Assembly: GCA_016280895.1 (NCBI GenBank)
Contig: JAEEHM010000112.1
Coordinates: forward strand, 6,713-70,712
DNA from: Bacillota bacterium
Lineage (GTDB): Bacteria; Bacillota_I; Bacilli_A; ML615J-28; CAG-698
Direction: 5' to 3'
DNA: 64,000 nt
In this document: one piece after another, positions 48,397-58,293 of the stretch
Numbering within the stretch: position 1 is the stretch's first letter
How the letters are laid out: the number at the start of each line of letters is the position of its first letter
The notes under the pieces: model-generated
What the model was told of the DNA's origin: nothing
What the model saw: only the letters and a program-made list of their open reading frames with translations
Database searches by the model: none
Position numbers and translations under genes: made by a program

Positions 48397-49782
48397 ATGA
48401 AATTTGTGAATTATAATTTAAAAGATTATATAAATCAAGGATTAAAATCAATTGATTTTTATGAAACTACATCTGTTCAAGAAATTATTATTCCTAAAAT
48501 CTTAAACAAACAATCAGTTGTAGTAAAAAGTGCTACTGGTACTGGTAAAACTCATGCTTTTATTATCCCAATCTTACAAAATTTAGATGAAAATAAAAAA
48601 GAAGTACAAGCTGTTATTATATCTCCTACCCGTGAACTTGCTTTTCAATTAATGGAAGAATTTACAAAAATCACTAAATTTAGTGAAAATATTGATATTA
48701 GAATGTATGTTGGTGGTACAAATCGAGATGCTGAAATAGATAGATTAAATAAAAGCCAGCCACAAATTGTGATTGGCACAATCGGTAAAATCAATGATTT
48801 AGTAAACAATGCGAATGCATTAAAAATTTATACAGCATCAACTGTTATTATTGATGAGGCTGATATGGTCTTTGGTTCTAAAGAAGGCGATGAAATTGAT
48901 AATGTATTTAAGAGATTTGAATATCTAAAACAAGTTTGTGCCTTTTCAGCAACAATTCCTAATGGACTTACTAATTTCATCAATAAATATTTATTATTCA
49001 GTAAAAGAAATAAATGTGAATTATATGATTTAAGCAACAAATTAATCACAAAAGATGAAATTGAATATATCTTTATTCCTACTAAGAACCAAGATAAATT
49101 AGAATTACTTGTTAATGTGTTGCATACATTTACTCCATATTTAGTATTAATATTCGCAAATACTAAAAATAAGGTCGATGAAATAGCATCATATTTAAGT
49201 GAAAATAATATTAAATGTATCAAAATAACTGGTGATTTAGAATCAAGAGAAAGAAAACAAGTCTTAAAAAGAATTAAAGATGGCGAAGTACAATATGTTG
49301 TAGCATCTGATATTGCGTCTCGTGGTATTGATATTCAAGGTGCAAGCCATGTTATCAACTTTGAACTTCCAAAGGAAATTGAATTCTTTATTCACCGTGT
49401 TGGTCGTGTTGGAAGAAATAATTTAAAAGGACAAGCAATTTCTTTTTATGATTTTGATGATGATAATTATTTAACTGAACTAAGAAAGAAACATCTTAAG
49501 TGTACATATATGGCACTAAAAGATGGAATATTACAGCCTACAAAGAAAAGAAATGGCATTCGTAAATCGACTAAGATTCAAAAAATTGAAGAAGAAGTTC
49601 ATATGCGAACACCAATGCCAAAGAAGGTTAAACCTGGATATAAAAAGAAAAGATTAGAAAAGATAAATAAGAAATTACATAAGATGAAACATCAAAAGAT
49701 TGATGAAATGTATTTTAAGAACATTCACAGACAAAGAGCTAAAGAAAAAGAAAAGTTGAATGGTGATAATTATGATGATTAA
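48397..49782 (+). CDS. DEAD-box ATP-dependent RNA helicase
   Basis: Q motif, AxTGTGKT, DEAD (IIDEADMVF), SAT and HRVGRVGR motifs, with a basic C-terminal tail. Confidence 0.9.
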   Translation: MKFVNYNLKDYINQGLKSIDFYETTSVQEIIIPKILNKQSVVVKSATGTGKTHAFIIPILQNLDENKKEVQAVIISPTRELAFQLMEEFTKITKFSENIDIRMYVGGTNRDAEIDRLNKSQPQIVIGTIGKINDLVNNANALKIYTASTVIIDEADMVFGSKEGDEIDNVFKRFEYLKQVCAFSATIPNGLTNFINKYLLFSKRNKCELYDLSNKLITKDEIEYIFIPTKNQDKLELLVNVLHTFTPYLVLIFANTKNKVDEIASYLSENNIKCIKITGDLESRERKQVLKRIKDGEVQYVVASDIASRGIDIQGASHVINFELPKEIEFFIHRVGRVGRNNLKGQAISFYDFDDDNYLTELRKKHLKCTYMALKDGILQPTKKRNGIRKSTKIQKIEEEVHMRTPMPKKVKPGYKKKRLEKINKKLHKMKHQKIDEMYFKNIHRQRAKEKEKLNGDNYDD

Positions 49783-50497
49783 GCTTATGACTTATAATAT
49801 TCAACATGGGCTTGATTATTCTTCAAGAATAATTGGTAAAAGAAAGGTTAATTTTGCTGATATTATTGAAACTATTAATGCACTTAATCCTGATATTTTA
49901 TCAATAAATGAAATATATGGTAAAGGTTTTATTGAAAGTGAAGAATATTTTGATCAAGTATCATATATTGCAGCAAACTGTAATTTTAAATATTATACTT
50001 TTTCTAAAGCAATCGATGCTAAAAATGGTGAATATGGTTCAGCAGTATTTTCTAAAATTCCATTTTCTGATTATGAGATAGTACATATTCCTGATCCTAT
50101 TCATATTCATAAATTTGGTACCTATGAATCAAGAGTTCTTACTAAATTTAATTATGGTAATTTTGACCTCATTTCTTTGCATGTTGGTCTTAATCCAGAT
50201 GAACAAGAAAATGCATATTATACCTTAATGGATACAATTGATCCTAACAAGAAAACTCTTATCTTAGGTGATTTTAATATGACTGTTGATAATCGTTTTA
50301 TCCAAAACATTATGAAAAAATATAATGAAGCAACAATTGATTTTAAGAATAAGATTATTAATACTTATCCATCAATTGATTCAAAGATAAAAATTGATTA
50401 TATTTTCTTATCAAAGGATATTAAGATTATAGATGCAGATGTATTAGATGTAATTAATAGTGATCATTTACCTATTTATGCGTTAATAACAATATAA
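49760..50497 (+). CDS. Endonuclease/exonuclease/phosphatase (EEP) family protein
   Basis: MTYNIQHG, SINEIYG, GDFN and SDHLPIYA motifs. The start is ambiguous (ATGs at 49760, 49772 and 49775). Confidence 0.8.
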   Translation: MVIIMMIKLMTYNIQHGLDYSSRIIGKRKVNFADIIETINALNPDILSINEIYGKGFIESEEYFDQVSYIAANCNFKYYTFSKAIDAKNGEYGSAVFSKIPFSDYEIVHIPDPIHIHKFGTYESRVLTKFNYGNFDLISLHVGLNPDEQENAYYTLMDTIDPNKKTLILGDFNMTVDNRFIQNIMKKYNEATIDFKNKIINTYPSIDSKIKIDYIFLSKDIKIIDADVLDVINSDHLPIYALITI

Positions 50498-50504
50498 AAA
50501 GCGC

Positions 50505-51584
50505 TTATTTAGCGCTTTTTTCTTTGATATAATTGTCAATTTCTAATTTGAATTCTTCAATTATATTTTCTTCTTTAATTTTTCTTATAATTTGGCCTTT
50601 CTTAAATAGAAGAGCTTCATTAATACCACCAGCTATACCAATATCAGCATCTTTTGCTTCCCCTGGTCCATTTACAGCACAGCCCATAATTGCGATATGT
50701 ATATTTTCATTTGGATAGGTATTATTGACATATTCTTCAATGATTTTTAAGATTGGAAGCATATCATATTGAGTTCTACCACAGGTAGGACATGCAGTAA
50801 TAAGAGGCTTAGTGTAATAATTGAAATTTGCAAGTATTTCCTTTGCTGCCTTTATTTCTTTGATTGGATCATCTGATAAAGATACTCTTATTGTGTCACC
50901 AATACCTTCGTTTAATAAGATGGCTAGGCCAATTGATGATTTAACAAGGCCTTGATATTCACTTCCAGCCTCAGTTATACCGATATGAAGTGGATATGGA
51001 TATGCTTTTGACAACATTTCGTAGGCTTCAATACATGTGCTTATATTACTAGCTTTTACTGATACAACAATGTTATGGAAATTTAAGGATTCTAATATTT
51101 GGATGTGTTCTTTAGCACTTTCAAATAAGGCTTTAGCGCATCTTCCATATTTTTCTTCAATTTCTTTATTTAAAGAGCCCATATTTACACCAATTCTAAT
51201 TGGGATATTGTGCTCAATACATTTATTTACGACTAATTTGACCTTATCAATAGAACCAATGTTTCCTGGATTGATTCTTAGCTTATCAACGCCTGCATCA
51301 ATTGCGGCAAGGGCTAATTTATAATCAAAATGGATATCAGCAACAAGAGGAATATTGATATGTTTTTTTATTTCTTTTATAGCGTAAGCATCATCTAAAT
51401 TTAAAACTGCAACACGAATGATGTTGCAGCCTGCTTTTTCTAATGTTTGTATTTGCGAAACAGTAGAAGCAACATCACTGGTTTTTGTGTTACACATTGA
51501 TTGAATAGCAATTGGATTTTTTCCACCAATTGCGACTTTATGTTTAGAACCAATAATTACTTCATTAGTTAATCGTCTTTTCAT
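50505..51584 (-). CDS. ispG: 4-hydroxy-3-methylbut-2-en-1-yl diphosphate synthase
   Basis: 359 aa GcpE. TIM-barrel region (IRVAV, RINPGNIG) and a C-terminal Fe-S domain with CPTCGR ... GCAVNGPGE. Confidence 0.93.
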   Translation of the reverse strand: MKRRLTNEVIIGSKHKVAIGGKNPIAIQSMCNTKTSDVASTVSQIQTLEKAGCNIIRVAVLNLDDAYAIKEIKKHINIPLVADIHFDYKLALAAIDAGVDKLRINPGNIGSIDKVKLVVNKCIEHNIPIRIGVNMGSLNKEIEEKYGRCAKALFESAKEHIQILESLNFHNIVVSVKASNISTCIEAYEMLSKAYPYPLHIGITEAGSEYQGLVKSSIGLAILLNEGIGDTIRVSLSDDPIKEIKAAKEILANFNYYTKPLITACPTCGRTQYDMLPILKIIEEYVNNTYPNENIHIAIMGCAVNGPGEAKDADIGIAGGINEALLFKKGQIIRKIKEENIIEEFKLEIDNYIKEKSAK

Positions 51585-52027
51585 TATTTATCCTCTTTTT
51601 TAGCTCTTTTATGTTTCTTTCTTTGAGGAGAACGAATATGTTGTTCACGTAAGATATTATAAATAGTAGAACGTGATTGTACATAGCCATCTTCATTTTG
51701 AATGATCTTCGCAAATTCAGTGAAGTTTGTTCCACGATATTCTTTACGATATAATTTAGCTATTTTTACTCTTGTTTCTTCATCGTAAGTATTAGCCGGT
51801 TTATTATATCTGTTCTTATGAATAATACCGGCATCACCTTCATTTAAGACTTGTCTCTTTAGATTTCTTATTTGTCTGGTAGTTACTTTCAGCATTTGTG
51901 CAGCTTTAGTACCATTGAATTCTTTATTTATCAATCTTTTTATGACTTTTAATTTCTTTTTTTCATCACGAGTTAGCTTTACTGGAAATAAAGCGACCTC
52001 TTTAATTTGAATGTTTTCTAGTTCCAT
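51584..52027 (-). CDS. Stand-alone HTH protein resembling the N-terminal DNA-binding region of ISNCY/IS481-type transposases
   Basis: TRDEKKKLKVIKRLINKEF...AAQMLKVTTRQIRNLKRQVLNEGDAGIIHKNRYNKP... matches the typical transposase N-terminal HTH pair. No DDE/rve domain follows. Its stop overlaps the ispG start (TAATG). Confidence 0.55.
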   Translation of the reverse strand: MELENIQIKEVALFPVKLTRDEKKKLKVIKRLINKEFNGTKAAQMLKVTTRQIRNLKRQVLNEGDAGIIHKNRYNKPANTYDEETRVKIAKLYRKEYRGTNFTEFAKIIQNEDGYVQSRSTIYNILREQHIRSPQRKKHKRAKKEDK

Positions 52028-52157
52028 AATATCCTCACATTTTCACATGTCTATTATATCACTAAAGAAGAAGAAATTCAAGTAAAATATTTAAATGATT
52101 TTTTCCTTCTTTTATTTTAAATTTTTTATCTCTTAAGATACAAAAATAAAAAAACTC

Positions 52158-52186
52158 TTGCTTTATAAAGAATTTTAGTGTATAAT
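52158..52186 (+). promoter_or_regulatory. sigmaA promoter of rpmG
   Basis: TTGCTT, 17 nt spacer, TATAAT. Confidence 0.6.
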
Positions 52187-52226
52187 TATAAAAGTAATTT
52201 AGATGGTATTAAAGGAGGCTGTTAGC

Positions 52227-52382
52227 ATGAGAGTTACTTTTTTAATGAAATGTTCTGAATGTGGTGAAGAAAATTACTTAACTGAAAAAGAAAAGAAAAA
52301 TACTCCAGATCGTTTAGAATTAAAGAAATATTGTCCTAAATGTAGAAAAATGACAATTCATAAAGAGAAAACTAAAAAATAA
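52227..52382 (+). CDS. rpmG: 50S ribosomal protein L33
   Basis: Not in the ORF track because it is short. SD sequence AAAGGAGG upstream. Translation is [51 protein letters not shown], with the CxxC...CxxC pattern of zinc-binding L33. Confidence 0.9.
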   Translation: MRVTFLMKCSECGEENYLTEKEKKNTPDRLELKKYCPKCRKMTIHKEKTKK

Positions 52383-52399
52383 TTATTTATATTATTTTT

Positions 52400-52453
52400 A
52401 AAAAGAAGGCATTTATTTTGCCTTCTTTTTTTGATTTTCATATTCTTTTTCAT
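52400..52453 (+). repeat. ~54 bp direct repeat, copy 1 (rpmG terminator plus a relic of the rarA 3' end)
   Basis: Identical to 53533-53587 except for one T indel. It contains the hairpin AGAAGGCA / TGCCTTCT with flanking A and T runs, so it can act as a bidirectional terminator. Confidence 0.85.
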
Positions 52454-52579
52454 TATTATTATATATATTTTATATTATTTGTTGTTTTTACAATAATTGT
52501 GTGATAAACTCTAGATGTAATATTTAAACTTAAAAATAGACTATTTAACATATATATTTGAAATAGAAAGGAATATAAT

Positions 52580-53446
52580 ATGAAAAAAATAACAACAATT
52601 ATTTTAATAATTATGTGTTTGTTGCTAATTGCATGCAAAAACGAAACATATATTAATAATGATAACAATAATTATGTTGTTTTGAATAGTAAGGACAATG
52701 ATGTTAATAAAATTATTAATTACTTGATACGCGAATCAAGAGATGAGGATAGACTGACATATTCATTCTCTGATTGGTTAGACTTAATGAAACGGGATGA
52801 TTCTTATACATTATATTTAAATAAAATTGGGAATATTAAGTATTATATTTCTATATATTGTGATTCTAAAATCTATGATATATATTCTTTTTCAGATAGA
52901 AGATTATATGAACTATATACATGGGTAAAATATACTAATATAAATGATATACAAGATTTTATCGGTGAATTAAAACTTATTTGTTCTTTTTGTATTAGTG
53001 ATTATATTGTAGAAAAAGATATCATAAATGATGTGATAGTTAACCAACATTATAATTATTATGAAGAAGTTGGCAAAGAAGTAAATGAAATTATTAAAAT
53101 CACAAATAATGATGGCTATCATTTTATGTTAGGTGGAAAAAATAGAACATATAATAATGATAGTAATTGTTTTAATTTAGGAGAGATTATTAAACATGGA
53201 GAATCATTTTTAGCAATAAAAGATGAAAAAGATACGTATATTGTCTTTAATAGCGAACTAATATTAACTGCCTCTAATGAATCTCAAGATATTGCAAAAA
53301 GAGAATTAGATATTTATTACGATTATTTGTACCCTTATTTTTTAAATGATAGCACATTAACGATCAAAAGAGACACTTATGAAATACATAGAATAAAAAT
53401 AAATGTTAAAAATATTGTTAGTATAATGAAAGGTGATGAACGATGA
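52580..53446 (+). CDS. Lipoprotein of unknown function (paralogue of 22483..23403)
   Basis: Lipobox LIAC. Blocks resemble the 22483 protein: YSFSDWL...YTLYLNKI vs HTFSEMLS...CNLYLCRI, and TWVKYTNINDI vs IWIKFNNCNDI. Confidence 0.6.
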   Translation: MKKITTIILIIMCLLLIACKNETYINNDNNNYVVLNSKDNDVNKIINYLIRESRDEDRLTYSFSDWLDLMKRDDSYTLYLNKIGNIKYYISIYCDSKIYDIYSFSDRRLYELYTWVKYTNINDIQDFIGELKLICSFCISDYIVEKDIINDVIVNQHYNYYEEVGKEVNEIIKITNNDGYHFMLGGKNRTYNNDSNCFNLGEIIKHGESFLAIKDEKDTYIVFNSELILTASNESQDIAKRELDIYYDYLYPYFLNDSTLTIKRDTYEIHRIKINVKNIVSIMKGDER

Positions 53447-53505
53447 AGAAACTCACACTATTTTTTCTGTTATATTTGTATCTTTTTCAATTACTTTTTC
53501 TATAG
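53443..53505 (+). pseudogene. 20-codon remnant of a signal-peptide-encoding gene start (MKKLTLFFLLYLYLFQLLFL*)
   Basis: It overlaps the lipoprotein stop by ATGA, exactly as protease gene 23400 overlaps lipoprotein 22483. Its N-terminus resembles MKKITLLLIFIV... Confidence 0.4.
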
Positions 53506-53532
53506 AAACACATAGTTCATTATTATCTATCC

Positions 53533-53587
53533 AAAAAGAAGGCATTTATTTTGCCTTCTTTTTTTGATTTTCATATTCTTTTTTCAT
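53533..53587 (+). repeat. ~54 bp direct repeat, copy 2 (true 3' end of rarA plus its terminator)
   Basis: See copy 1. Here the repeat encodes the last 13 codons of rarA on the minus strand. Confidence 0.85.
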
Positions 53588-54823
53588 CTTTTCAATCCAA
53601 TCATATCTTTCTTTGATTGCTTTTTCATAATTGCTGGATTCTTTTGGATGATAATATTTAGCACCTAATAATTCATCTGGTAGATATTGTTGATAAACCC
53701 ACGCATTTGGATAATCATGGGGATATTTATAAGCATCAACCTTACCATCAAATGAATATGTGTTTTTAAGATGTGGTGGAAGATGACCTGATTTACCATC
53801 TTCAATATCCTTTAAAGCTGCTTCAATGCCAAGATATGCAGCATTTGATTTAGGTGATAAGGCCATATCAACGACAACTACACCTAAAGGAATTCTTGCT
53901 TCAGGCATTCCAACATCAAGTGCGACATCACAGGCAGTTTTAACTCTAACTGCAAGTTGTGGATTTGCAAGACCAATATCTTCAAAGACCATTACTTGTA
54001 ATCTTCTAACTAAAGATAATAAATCTTCAGATGCAAGAAGAAGGGCAAGATAATGAAGGGCTGCATCGACATCTGAACCACGAATTGATTTTTGTAAGCC
54101 ACTTAATGTTTGAAAATAAGTATCTTCATTTTTATCAATATTAATTGCTGGACGATTGATTATTTCTTTTGCTTGTTCTAAATCAATTGTAATTTCAGCT
54201 TCATCTTGATAAGCATCAATGATTGTTTCACAATAATTTATTAGACCACGTACTTCACCTGCAGCTAAAGAGACAATATATTTCTTAGCATCATCAGTGA
54301 AATTAATCTTTTTATTTAAAGAATTTTCTTTTAAAGAAATAGCTCTATTTACTATAATTAATAAATCATCTTCTAATAAATCATTTAATTTATATACAAT
54401 ACAACGGCTTCTAATGGCAGGATTAACTGACATATATGGGTTTACTGTTGTAATTCCAATGATAGTAACATTACCTTTTTCCACAAATGGAAGAAGATAA
54501 TCTTGTATATCTTTTTTCATTCGATGTATTTCATCAACAATCAATACATATTTATCTGATATTTTCGCATTCTCAATATGTTTCATTAAGCTTGCTTTAT
54601 TATCACTTGATGCATTAAATGTTGATGAAGGTAAGCCTAGTTCACTTACAATCACATTTGCGATTGTGGTTTTACCTATTCCTGGTTTACCATATAGGAT
54701 AATTGATGGCAATTTATTATTTTTAACTAATCTTCTGATTGCGCCGTTTTTGCCAATTAAGTGACTTTGACCGACTATTTCATCAAAATTTTTTGGTCTC
54801 ATTGAATATGCTAATGGTTCCAT
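53546..54823 (-). CDS. rarA: Replication-associated recombination protein A (AAA+ ATPase RarA/MgsA)
   Basis: Walker A YGKPGIGKTT, Walker B VDEIHR, and the MgsA C-terminal domain (SIRGSDVDAALHYLA). Confidence 0.93.
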   Translation of the reverse strand: MEPLAYSMRPKNFDEIVGQSHLIGKNGAIRRLVKNNKLPSIILYGKPGIGKTTIANVIVSELGLPSSTFNASSDNKASLMKHIENAKISDKYVLIVDEIHRMKKDIQDYLLPFVEKGNVTIIGITTVNPYMSVNPAIRSRCIVYKLNDLLEDDLLIIVNRAISLKENSLNKKINFTDDAKKYIVSLAAGEVRGLINYCETIIDAYQDEAEITIDLEQAKEIINRPAINIDKNEDTYFQTLSGLQKSIRGSDVDAALHYLALLLASEDLLSLVRRLQVMVFEDIGLANPQLAVRVKTACDVALDVGMPEARIPLGVVVVDMALSPKSNAAYLGIEAALKDIEDGKSGHLPPHLKNTYSFDGKVDAYKYPHDYPNAWVYQQYLPDELLGAKYYHPKESSNYEKAIKERYDWIEKMKKEYENQKKKAK

Positions 54824-54998
54824 ATAGACTCCTTTTTTACTTAATTTATTGTATCATAATTTTGAATAAATGTAAATAAAGAGCCCTTTAAATAAATGAA
54901 AAGATTTTCCTAAACGACTATTTTTATTTTTTTATGTATTTTTTTTGAAAAAAATGATATAATAATAATATGTTTATCTAATTTATAAGGAGGATATC

Positions 54999-55535
54999 AT
55001 GAAAAAAAGATTTAATTATGAAGACTATATTGCTTCAGTTCCAAATTTCCCAAAGGAAGGAATCTTATTTAGAGACATTACACCACTTTTACAAGATGGT
55101 AAAGCTTTCAATCATGCTTTAAAGGATATCGCAAAATTTGCGAAGAAATTAGGCGCAGAAGTTATTTTAGGTCCTGAATCAAGAGGATTTATCTTTGGTT
55201 GTCCTGTTGCATCAAAATTAAATATTGGTTTTGTACCTGTACGTAAGCCAGGTAAATTACCTAGAAAGACTATTGAAGAATCTTATGAATTAGAATATGG
55301 TACAAACACTTTATCCATTCATGAAGATGCATTAAAACCAGGTCAAAAGGTATTAATCGTTGATGATTTACTTGCAACTGGTGGTACTGTCAATGCTGCT
55401 ATCAAATTAGTTGAAAAATTAGGTGCTAGCGTTGTTGGCTGTGCATTTGTGATTGAATTAGTTGATTTAAAGGGTAGAGAAAATATTGGGCCTAATTATC
55501 CAATTCTTGCTTTACTTGAATATGAAGGAGAATAA
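54999..55535 (+). CDS. apt: Adenine phosphoribosyltransferase
   Basis: PRPP-binding motif [13 protein letters not shown]; 178 aa; upstream of rel as in Bacillus. Confidence 0.93.
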   Translation: MKKRFNYEDYIASVPNFPKEGILFRDITPLLQDGKAFNHALKDIAKFAKKLGAEVILGPESRGFIFGCPVASKLNIGFVPVRKPGKLPRKTIEESYELEYGTNTLSIHEDALKPGQKVLIVDDLLATGGTVNAAIKLVEKLGASVVGCAFVIELVDLKGRENIGPNYPILALLEYEGE

Positions 55536-55596
55536 TAAATATTATTTATTATTAAAATTATAAATAAAAAATAAATTTTTTAGAAAGGAGGCATAT

Positions 55597-57837
55597 ATGC
55601 AATTCTTAGATGAAGTAAAGATTATTGATCTTGATGAAACTGAAGTTTATCAAAAGTCAACAATGACAATTGAAAAAGTAATTGAACAAGCATCAAAATA
55701 TTTACATAAAGAAAAGAACATCAAAATGATAAGAGATGCATACGAGGTTGCCGCAAAACAACATGAAGGACAACTTCGTAAATCTGGTGAAAAATATATA
55801 CAACATCCACTTGAAGTTGCATATATGTTAGCATCTTTAGGAACAGGTCCTGCCACAATTTGTGCTGGATTACTTCATGATGTTGTTGAAGATACTGAAT
55901 ATCCAATCGAAAAAATCAAGGAACAATTTGGAAATGATGTTGCGATTATTGTTGATGGCGTTACTAAAATTTCTAAATTAAAATACATGACAAAAGAAAA
56001 AGCTTTAGCGAAAACACATCAAAAGATCTTAATTGCGATGGCTAAAGATATTCGTGTTGTCATGGTTAAATTAATTGATAGACTTCACAACATGCGTACC
56101 TTACAATTCCAACCTAAGGATAAACAAGAACGTATTGCGAAAGAAACATTAGATTTATATGCTCCACTTGCACATCGTCTTGGTATGTATCGTATTAAGG
56201 CAGAGTTGGAAGATTTATCTTATCGTTATATTGAACCAGAAAAATACGCTGTTATTTCCAAACAAATCAAAGAACATAAGCTTTTAAAAGAAGAAGGCTT
56301 AAATGGCATGGAGAAGCGAATTGAAGAAATCTTACTTGCTAACCATGTTTCTAAATTTGAAATTAAGGGTCGTGTTAAAAATATTTATTCTGTTGCTAAA
56401 AAAATGGAAGAAAAAAATAAAACATTCGACCAAATCTATGACTTATTAGCCCTAAGAATATTAGTCCCAACAATTGAAGATTGTTATCGTGTTTTAGGAC
56501 TAATGCATGCTGAGTGGACACCACTTCCTATGCGTTTTAAGGACTATATTGCAACACCAAAGCCTAATATGTATCAATCTCTTCATACAACTGTAGTTGG
56601 TTTGAATGGATCTATCTTTGAAATTCAAATTAGAACATATGAAATGGATGAGGTTGCAGAAATTGGTATTGCTGCCCACTGGTCATATAAGGAAGAAAAT
56701 AAGAGCTATACACCAGAAAAGGAACAGCAAGAGCTAGCTGAAAAATTAAGATGGTATCGTGAATTATTATCTTATGCAGAAATGAATGAAAATGAAGATG
56801 CTGATCCTTTACAAGATATTAAAAAAGAATTATTTAACGCAAATATTTATGTATTTACGCCTAAAGGTGATGTTATTGATATGCCAAATGGTGGAAATCC
56901 TCTAGATTTTGCGTATCGTATTCATACAGAAGTTGGTAATCATACAGTTGGTGCGATTGTTAATAACAAGATTGTACCACTTACATATAAACTAAAAACT
57001 GGTGATGTAGTTGAAATAAAAACAAACAAGAATTTCAATGGACCAACTGAGGCATGGTTAAAAATTTGTGGTACAAACCATGCAAGACATAAAATTACCG
57101 CAATTTTAAACAAGCGTAAAAGAGATGAATTCATTGAACGGGGTTTAAACAAATTCAATGAACTCTTAAAAGCTAACAATAATGAAACTAAACTTAATGA
57201 TAAAATTGTTAAAGATAATTTCTTACGTTTCAATATTGATTCTTTAGAAGAATTCTACTATGAAATTGGAAAAGGCACACTATCAGAAAAAGGTGCTTAC
57301 AATAAGATGTTCAATGTTGAAGAAGTAGGCGATGAAGCTTTAATCAGACAATATAATGACGATGAAAGAAGAAAGAAAGTTCAATCTAATAGCTATGGTA
57401 TTTTAGTTGATGGCATCTCAAAGGCCCAAGTAAAGATTGCAAGCTGCTGTCATCCAGTCTTAGGTGATGCCATTGTGGGATTTGTTTCTAAGGGAAATGG
57501 TATTGTAGTTCATCGCTTTGATTGTCCAAATGTGAGAAATGCTGACCAAAACCGTTTCATCGATGTATATTGGGATAAAGATGCTGATGTTAAAAGAGGC
57601 TTTGAATCAGTTATTAGTATTTTATCATTTAATCGTAACAACATTTTATCAGAAATTATCAATGTGTTAAATGCGACAAGTATTTCCATTTCAACAATCT
57701 CATCATCAAAGATGAGAACAGGTGAATTATTAACAAGAATTAAATTCTTAGTTAAATCTGTTGATATTTTAGATAACGCAATCACAAATATCAAAAAAAT
57801 ACCTGATGTATATACAGTAGAAAGGGTTATGAAATAA
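55597..57837 (+). CDS. relA: Bifunctional (p)ppGpp synthetase/hydrolase Rel
   Basis: HD hydrolase domain (HPLEVA, LHDVVEDT), synthetase domain (RVKNIYSVAKKM, YQSLHTTV), and TGS and ACT domains. Confidence 0.95.
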   Translation: MQFLDEVKIIDLDETEVYQKSTMTIEKVIEQASKYLHKEKNIKMIRDAYEVAAKQHEGQLRKSGEKYIQHPLEVAYMLASLGTGPATICAGLLHDVVEDTEYPIEKIKEQFGNDVAIIVDGVTKISKLKYMTKEKALAKTHQKILIAMAKDIRVVMVKLIDRLHNMRTLQFQPKDKQERIAKETLDLYAPLAHRLGMYRIKAELEDLSYRYIEPEKYAVISKQIKEHKLLKEEGLNGMEKRIEEILLANHVSKFEIKGRVKNIYSVAKKMEEKNKTFDQIYDLLALRILVPTIEDCYRVLGLMHAEWTPLPMRFKDYIATPKPNMYQSLHTTVVGLNGSIFEIQIRTYEMDEVAEIGIAAHWSYKEENKSYTPEKEQQELAEKLRWYRELLSYAEMNENEDADPLQDIKKELFNANIYVFTPKGDVIDMPNGGNPLDFAYRIHTEVGNHTVGAIVNNKIVPLTYKLKTGDVVEIKTNKNFNGPTEAWLKICGTNHARHKITAILNKRKRDEFIERGLNKFNELLKANNNETKLNDKIVKDNFLRFNIDSLEEFYYEIGKGTLSEKGAYNKMFNVEEVGDEALIRQYNDDERRKKVQSNSYGILVDGISKAQVKIASCCHPVLGDAIVGFVSKGNGIVVHRFDCPNVRNADQNRFIDVYWDKDADVKRGFESVISILSFNRNNILSEIINVLNATSISISTISSSKMRTGELLTRIKFLVKSVDILDNAITNIKKIPDVYTVERVMK

Positions 57838-58274
57838 TGAAAGTAGTAGTCCAAAGATGTAAAACCGCAAAATGTATTATTGACAATAAAATCGTTGGTC
57901 AAATAGATCATGGTTATATGTTACTTGTTGGTTTTACACATAATGATAGTATTGAAGTAATTGATAAAATGGTTAAAAAAATCATTAATTTACGAATATT
58001 TGAAGATGAACAAGGAAAAATGAATAAGAATATTTACCAAGTAAATGGTTCTATTTTATCTATTTCCCAATTTACTTTATATGCGAACACAAATGAAGGA
58101 AATCGACCATCATTTATCAATGCGATGAAGCCTGATTTAGCATCTAATTTGTATAATATATTTAATGCAAAATTAAAAGAAAATAACATACATGTAGAAT
58201 GTGGAATCTTTGGTGCTGACATGCAAATTGATTTTGTGAATGATGGACCAGTTACAATTATATTAGAATTTTAA
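57837..58274 (+). CDS. dtd: D-aminoacyl-tRNA deacylase
   Basis: 145 aa; MKVVVQR..., SQFTLYA and GNRPSF motifs. Confidence 0.93.
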   Translation: MKVVVQRCKTAKCIIDNKIVGQIDHGYMLLVGFTHNDSIEVIDKMVKKIINLRIFEDEQGKMNKNIYQVNGSILSISQFTLYANTNEGNRPSFINAMKPDLASNLYNIFNAKLKENNIHVECGIFGADMQIDFVNDGPVTIILEF

Positions 58275-58293
58275 AAACATATACGGAGGTAGT

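Noticed and set aside
51584-52027. Annotating the HTH ORF as an insertion sequence / mobile element
   Set aside because: No DDE/rve catalytic domain and no recognisable terminal inverted repeats are present. Only the DNA-binding half is present, so I annotated it as a CDS only.
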